From an uncultured Bacilli bacterium (GTDB lineage: Bacteria > Bacillota_I > Bacilli_A > RF39 > UBA660): 64,000 nt of DNA. Shown here piece by piece: positions 59,208 through 64,000 of the stretch (positions are counted from its first letter, which is position 1; every line of letters starts with the position of its first letter). The notes beneath the pieces were generated by a model. That model worked only from the letters and a program-made list of their open reading frames with translations, searched no databases and was not told the DNA's origin. Location: the NCBI GenBank assembly GCA_947623685.1, contig CANQHF010000002.1, positions 17,913 through 81,912 on the forward strand, written 5' to 3'. The position numbers were made by a program, and so were the translations under genes.

Positions 59208-59846
59208 TCAATTTATTTCATTCAAAATGTTTTTTATTTTTATTCTTATCCTTTCCAAAGCACCAGAAATAGATTTTGGTGTTTTACCTAAACTAGCTGC
59301 TATTTCATCATAACTAAAATTATTTATTCGAAGATCATATACCATTTTTTCAAAATCAGTTAAATCCTCATTTAATCTTTTGTTATAAAAAGCTTCGTTT
59401 TCTTTACTTACTAATAAATTCTCTAAACCACCAACATCGGTTGATAAAGTGTTTTCAAATCCCCTTTGATCATCTTCGTTTTGTTTATAATCTAACGAAT
59501 AAGATTCATTTAAGATGCTGTGTTTTTTTCGATTAGCCTTTTTTACTGCTGTTACGATTTTTCTTTTAATGCATAAAAATGCAAAAGTAGAAAATTTTAT
59601 ATCTTTTTGTTCCTTAAAGGATTCTATTGCATTTAAAAGCCCAAACAATCCTTCTTGATATAAATCATTATAATCAAGGCCTTTACCTTCAACATAGGTG
59701 CTATACTTGTTAGCGTGATAAGCAATAACCGGATCATATTTTTTACATATAACTTCGTTTGCTTCTTCGCTATTTTCTGAAATTAGGTACAAAAGTTCAC
59801 CATCATCTTCATAATCAGTATATTCCTTTTTTTCTTCCATTTTCAC
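59208..59846 (-). CDS. sigH: RNA polymerase sigma-H factor
   Basis: 212 aa. Region 2 (DLYQEGLFGLLNAIESFKEQKDIKFSTFAFLCIKRKI) and region 4 (FSYDEIAASLGKTPKSISGALERIRIKI). Synteny rlmB-sigH-secE. Confidence 0.85.
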   Translation of the reverse strand: MKMEEKKEYTDYEDDGELLYLISENSEEANEVICKKYDPVIAYHANKYSTYVEGKGLDYNDLYQEGLFGLLNAIESFKEQKDIKFSTFAFLCIKRKIVTAVKKANRKKHSILNESYSLDYKQNEDDQRGFENTLSTDVGGLENLLVSKENEAFYNKRLNEDLTDFEKMVYDLRINNFSYDEIAASLGKTPKSISGALERIRIKIKNILNEIN

Positions 59847-59848
59847 AC

Positions 59849-60553
59849 CTACTTTCGGTTTCTTACTACTTCATATATCATTATCCCTGCTGCTACCGAT
59901 GCGTTTAGACTATTTATTTTACCATACATTGGAATATTTGCAATAAAATCACAATTATTTTTTACTAAATTACTCATTCCAAAACCTTCGCTTCCTATTA
60001 CAAGAGCAATTGGGATTTTATAATCTATTTCATCATATGAAACACTATTATCCATATCAGTTCCTACTATCCATAAGCCGTGTTCCTTTAGTTTTTTAAT
60101 AGTGCGAGCAAGATTAGTTACTGAAACTATCGAAACGTTATCTAACGCCCCAGCACTTGTTTTCATAACGGTTGAATTTACTCCTACACTTCTGTTTTTT
60201 GGAATTATTATGTAATCTACTTTTGCAGCTTCACAAGTTCTTATTATTGCACCAAAATTATGTGGATCTTCTAAATGATCAAGAATCACAATGAATGGAT
60301 TAGATGGTAAGTTATTAAACATATCTTTTTCATCATAATATTTAAAGTCATCCACTTCTAAAATTACTCCTTGATGATTTCCGTTTTGTATTTTATCCAT
60401 TTCATGCTTATTTAAATAAGTTATGCTAACTTTCATACCATTTAATTTATCATCCAAATCCTTACCCTTTAAATTATTTAATAAATAAGCCTTTTTAATT
60501 TTTCTTTTGTTATTTATCAATTCATTAGCAACGTTTTTCCCATATACGTACAT
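59849..60553 (-). CDS. rlmB: 23S rRNA (guanosine-2'-O)-methyltransferase, TrmH/SpoU family
   Basis: 234 aa with SpoU motifs (LDHLEDPHNFGAIIRT; LVIGSEGFG; IPMYGKINSLNASVAAGI). Confidence 0.85.
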   Translation of the reverse strand: MYVYGKNVANELINNKRKIKKAYLLNNLKGKDLDDKLNGMKVSITYLNKHEMDKIQNGNHQGVILEVDDFKYYDEKDMFNNLPSNPFIVILDHLEDPHNFGAIIRTCEAAKVDYIIIPKNRSVGVNSTVMKTSAGALDNVSIVSVTNLARTIKKLKEHGLWIVGTDMDNSVSYDEIDYKIPIALVIGSEGFGMSNLVKNNCDFIANIPMYGKINSLNASVAAGIMIYEVVRNRK

Positions 60554-60557
60554 ATTA

Positions 60558-60935
60558 TCACCCCAAAATTTGTTTCATTATTTCTTCAATTCTTTTTTTA
60601 TCATTTTTTAAGTATAACATACCAAATAATGCTTCTAAAGCCGTAGCTTTCTTATACGTTACTATATCAGTATTTTTTGGTTTTGAATGTGGTTTATAAT
60701 TTCTTGCTCTTTTAACTAAAGCTTTCTCATCACTTGTTAATATGTTTTTTTCCATTAATTGTTTTAAAATCTCTTTTTGCGCTGTTGCGCTAACATAATT
60801 AACTGCATTTTTTTGCATAACATTTACATTATTTATCTTTTTAGATAAAAGATAAGATCTTATTTCTAGTTCAAAAACAGCATCACCTAAATATGCTAAA
60901 ACCAAAGAATTTATTTCATTAACGTTCAATTTCAT
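60558..60935 (-). CDS. mrnC: Mini-ribonuclease 3
   Basis: Start MKLNVNEINSLVLAYLGDAVFE (RNase III signature-like), about 125 aa, upstream of rlmB. Confidence 0.85.
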   Translation of the reverse strand: MKLNVNEINSLVLAYLGDAVFELEIRSYLLSKKINNVNVMQKNAVNYVSATAQKEILKQLMEKNILTSDEKALVKRARNYKPHSKPKNTDIVTYKKATALEALFGMLYLKNDKKRIEEIMKQILG

Positions 60936-60991
60936 CACATCCACTAGTATTAAAACACATAAAAATATAAAAAACAAGGACATAATCCTTG

Positions 60992-61276
60992 CTAATTTAT
61001 CTTTAATATTTTCTCGCCATTTTTAGAATACAAATATTTTTCTCTAGCATATCTTGCCGCATATTCTTTATTTTTAAGTTTTTCAACATCATCCGTTAGA
61101 GTTATTTCTTCTTCTTTTAAATCTTCTAATTTTTTAGTAAGAACCTTTTTTTCTTCCTTTTTTTGGGTTATCTTAATAACGTTTCCAACCGATGATATAA
61201 CTGATAAACCTATTATAAAAAAGCAAAAAATAAAAGTTATGATTGCTTTACGTCTTTTCTTTCTCACGATATTCAT
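60992..61276 (-). CDS. divIC: Septum formation initiator (FtsB/DivIC family)
   Basis: 94 aa with a TM helix, a coiled coil and the C-terminal YAREKYLYSK motif. Confidence 0.7.
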   Translation of the reverse strand: MNIVRKKRRKAIITFIFCFFIIGLSVISSVGNVIKITQKKEEKKVLTKKLEDLKEEEITLTDDVEKLKNKEYAARYAREKYLYSKNGEKILKIN

Positions 61277-61317
61277 CCCCAGTATATAATCATTATATAA
61301 TGATTACTAAAAGAAAT

Positions 61318-61590
61318 TCAACTATTTTTGTCGGGAAAGTAAAGTAGTTTACAAAAAAGTGCTCCCATTATAAAAAAGATTGCTATATAAATAGTTATTG
61401 CACCATTATTTATTAAGTATAATAATAAATAAAAGAGTGTAGCATGAAGTAACATAAAGAAAAGTTCCATTAAAAACCTAACGAGTTGTTTTTTATATTT
61501 TATTTTTCTAAAAGCCTTTAGCGTTGACAAAAAGAACATACCATATATAAAAGAAAAAAAGATAACCTTAAATTGCTCTTCTAAAACCAT
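61318..61590 (-). CDS. yabQ: Spore cortex biosynthesis protein YabQ-like
   Basis: 90-aa polytopic membrane protein directly after yabP. Confidence 0.6.
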   Translation of the reverse strand: MVLEEQFKVIFFSFIYGMFFLSTLKAFRKIKYKKQLVRFLMELFFMLLHATLFYLLLYLINNGAITIYIAIFFIMGALFCKLLYFPDKNS

Positions 61591-61880
61591 TATTTAAATA
61601 ACCTAGAAATAACTGAGTTTTCTTTTTTATCCTTAACTGAATCAAAATAAGAAAAAGCATCTATTTGTCCTTTTATAACAATTGTTCCATCATACGTATC
61701 AAGCTTTATTATTTCAAGATCCTTACCCTTAACACCAAGGGGTCCTAAAGTGGTTTCAAGTAAAAACTCTTCATTATCAAAACTATCTATTTTTATAATG
61801 CCACTTATCTGAACATTTTTTCTTTCGGTAATAACTATATTATGATTTGATGATTCTAATTTACCAGTTTCTTTATTCAT
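61590..61880 (-). CDS. yabP: Sporulation protein YabP
   Basis: 96 aa with the YabP-like pattern (ITERKNVQISGI...DSFDNEEFLLET..G.L.VKG..L). Confidence 0.75.
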   Translation of the reverse strand: MNKETGKLESSNHNIVITERKNVQISGIIKIDSFDNEEFLLETTLGPLGVKGKDLEIIKLDTYDGTIVIKGQIDAFSYFDSVKDKKENSVISRLFK

Positions 61881-61926
61881 AAAACCACCCTTCTGGTAAA
61901 TTATATTAAATAAAAAAAAGAATATA

Positions 61927-62184
61927 CTAACTTTCTTTATTATATTCTTCTATGATAGCAGCTTCAATTTTTTGTCTTAACTCTTGTGTTATTGGATATA
62001 CATAATCAATGTACTTATCTTCTCCAACTTTTCTATTTGGCATTGCAGCAAACATTCTTGTGTTTCCTTCAATGATACGGATGCCGTTTATTTTTAACAT
62101 TTCATCTAATTCGATTACAGCGTATCCTTTTACTCTTGATCCTTCTTTGTTTTCTTTTTGAATCGTTACTTTAGTTACTTCCAT
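61927..62184 (-). CDS. spoVG: SpoVG-family protein (chromosomal copy, divergent core)
   Basis: Starts MEVTKVTIQKEN.... The core reads MFAAMPNRKVGEDKYIDYVYPIT. Synteny with yabP/yabQ. Confidence 0.8.
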   Translation of the reverse strand: MEVTKVTIQKENKEGSRVKGYAVIELDEMLKINGIRIIEGNTRMFAAMPNRKVGEDKYIDYVYPITQELRQKIEAAIIEEYNKES

Positions 62185-62252
62185 CATCATCACTCCTTCG
62201 AACTCATCAATATAATTTTACCATAATAATTAAAAAAATAGCAAATAAAATG

Positions 62253-64000
62253 CTATTTTTTAAATTTCTTTCTAAGAATTACAAATAATATCAAAAGTAG
62301 GCTAAGTCCTCCAATTACAAGAACATAATTAATTACCTTTCTACCAGTTATTATCGTAACAATTAATTCAGCAGAATCATAACTACCTTCGGTCTTTATT
62401 TTATGATTTACTAAACTTACTTGGTAAAAGTCAGAATCTGATTTACCATCTTTACTTATACCTTTATCACTAACGACAAAAGTTGCGGTTGAATCTTTAT
62501 CTTTTATTGGTTCATAACCTTCTGGTGCTTGTTTTTCAACAAACCTATATTCACCAGTTACTAAATCTGTAATATTTATTGTACCGTCTTTAGTTTCCAA
62601 AACATAAGTTGCATTATCTCTACCATCTGTTAAATTAATTTCATATTTATATTTAGAACCACCGATATGTTTTAGCAAAAGGTCTTTATAAACACCATTT
62701 TCTTTTCTCTGAAGAGAATATAGCCCGCCATTTAACACTTCACCATTTTCATCTATCTTGTTAAATATAACGCCAGATACACCATTATACATATATACGT
62801 TAGCAATTTCTTCATCTTCACTTATTTTTACGGTTTTAATGTAATCTTGTGGAAGTGTTCTGCCACAAGCTGATGATATTTCTTTTATGGTATAAGTACC
62901 TGCAGGAATTTTTGAAATAATAAATTGTCCTCTTCTTGCTTCCAATTCATTAGTGGTATTTTCTGGACACTTATCAGCAGAAGTATTATAAGTATACCTT
63001 CCAACCATTAATGAAAGATCACCATCATATGTTAAACATACATTTTTTCCATCACTAGTTGTTATATTAAATTTTGGACCACTTTTATCTTCTGATTCAG
63101 AACAAACTTTATTAACATCTAATGAAATAACTTTTCCATCTGAATCAATAGTATTTTTAAATAACCAAAGACTTCTTGAAGTGTTTTTAACTTCTAAAGT
63201 TGCATAACTTGCTGTTCCAGTTTTATTATCTTTTGTAACTGTTACTGAATAAGAATTTTTATCAGTAACATATCCTTCTTTTCCTTCTAATTCTCTTACA
63301 TAATAAGTAGTATGTTCTTTTAAACCTGTATAAGTCGTTTCTCCATTACTATTGGTTGCCGCGGTTGTTCCAATTTTATCTTTGCAGGTAATATCTTTAC
63401 ATACCTCAAAAGTAACTCCTGAAATTGGATCACCACCATTATCTACTTTTTTTATCTTTATTTGATATGTAGGCTTATCTTTGGTATATATATTTAAATA
63501 AAATGTTTTAGTTTTTGATCCATTAATTCCTATTAATGTTTGATTATCTTTTTTTGTATAATAATTCACATAATCATTTGTACTAAAAGCATTTCCATTT
63601 TCTTTATAAGAATAATTAAAAGTTACTCTAACCGGACTAGTAATAGCATTTTCAGAAGAAAAATCACATTTTTTACTATTACAAGAACACTTTATACCAT
63701 TTGAAGTAACAGCGTTTTTTGCCTTACAATCAACGTTATTTATAGTTATCTTATAATAGTTAAATAAATCTGTATCTATAGAGTCATGAGAAAATGTACC
63801 TGAAAACGTATCGTTATCATCATTATATTTTAACTCCTGTTTTTTATCACCTTGCGTTGTAACAGAAGTTGCCCAACTAGGGTTTGACAAATTAAATCTT
63901 GCGGCACATTTTAATATACTTTTATATTCATTAAGTAACGTTGTAAGAGAATTTTTCGTTATTACTTTATATAAACCATCAGCATAAGTTTTACCAGTTG
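62253..64000 (-). CDS. Large surface protein with repeated SpaA/Cna-B-like domains and a C-terminal TM anchor. The N-terminus lies beyond the window.
   Basis: I checked that the frame stays open from 63890 to 64000, so the TTG at 63890 is not the true start. SpaA/Cna-B-like repeats include GVTFEV...NGETTYTGLKEHTTYYVRELEGKEGY and GEYRFVEKQAPEGYE. The C-terminus has a hydrophobic helix followed by RKKFKK. Confidence 0.7.
   Translation of the reverse strand, partial: TGKTYADGLYKVITKNSLTTLLNEYKSILKCAARFNLSNPSWATSVTTQGDKKQELKYNDDNDTFSGTFSHDSIDTDLFNYYKITINNVDCKAKNAVTSNGIKCSCNSKKCDFSSENAITSPVRVTFNYSYKENGNAFSTNDYVNYYTKKDNQTLIGINGSKTKTFYLNIYTKDKPTYQIKIKKVDNGGDPISGVTFEVCKDITCKDKIGTTAATNSNGETTYTGLKEHTTYYVRELEGKEGYVTDKNSYSVTVTKDNKTGTASYATLEVKNTSRSLWLFKNTIDSDGKVISLDVNKVCSESEDKSGPKFNITTSDGKNVCLTYDGDLSLMVGRYTYNTSADKCPENTTNELEARRGQFIISKIPAGTYTIKEISSACGRTLPQDYIKTVKISEDEEIANVYMYNGVSGVIFNKIDENGEVLNGGLYSLQRKENGVYKDLLLKHIGGSKYKYEINLTDGRDNATYVLETKDGTINITDLVTGEYRFVEKQAPEGYEPIKDKDSTATFVVSDKGISKDGKSDSDFYQVSLVNHKIKTEGSYDSAELIVTIITGRKVINYVLVIGGLSLLLILFVILRKKFKK

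Noticed and set aside
1-64000. Looked for CRISPR arrays, rRNA/tRNA genes, IS elements with terminal inverted repeats, reverse transcriptases (retron/DGR) and toxin-antitoxin pairs
   Set aside because: I saw no regularly spaced direct repeats with unique spacers. There are no tRNA cloverleafs apart from the tmRNA tRNA-like end. There is no transposase-like or RT-like translation in the ORF track. The only structured RNA genes or leaders I can support are ssrA and the rplJ leader.

Overview
AT-rich window from a low-GC Bacillota genome. Gene order resembles Bacillus (secG-rnr-smpB-ssrA; rpsL-rpsG-fusA-tuf; sigH-secE-nusG-rplKAJL-ybxB-rpoBC; spoVG/yabP/yabQ/divIC; spoIIR-prmC-prfA). I cannot assign a genus from sequence alone.

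Two parts:

(A) 1..~18537 is the right-hand part of a temperate siphovirus-type prophage, and its left end lies beyond the window. It is inserted at the 3' end of the tmRNA gene (ssrA, 18538..18900, minus strand). The integrase, a TM2 protein, an ImmA-like protease and a cI-like repressor are on the plus strand. A cro-like gene, the early/replication genes, a late activator, HNH-cos-TerS-TerL, and an HK97-type portal/protease/capsid plus head-tail and tail genes are on the minus strand.

(B) 18.5..64 kb is core chromosome, densely packed and almost all on the minus strand: trans-translation genes, enolase, the str operon, murA, RF1/PrmC, RNAP delta, ArgRS, PBP1, FtsH, TilS, rpoBC, the L11/L1/L10/L7-L12 cluster, nusG/secE, sigH, sporulation-related small genes, and a surface protein truncated at the window end.

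I did not find a clear multi-gene novel system such as a defence island or CRISPR array. The signals most worth follow-up are all in the prophage:
- a 122-codon start-less ORF in the +1 frame directly behind the major capsid gene, at a CCC-TAG 'shifty stop' (candidate programmed +1 frameshift)
- an MT-A70 methyltransferase split by a single in-frame TAA
- a consensus promoter plus terminator that define a ~60-nt candidate antisense RNA
- a 14-bp inverted-repeat-flanked intergenic cassette near an orphan catalytic-domain-only tyrosine recombinase
- a phage SpoVG paralog that looks more canonical than the host copy

Host-side oddities are a class II aldolase homolog with degenerate metal ligands, a Fic gene wedged into the rplL-rpoB cluster, and a Rho_N-like tail on FtsH. 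All protein calls rest on my reading of the supplied translations (motifs, size, synteny). No database search was run.
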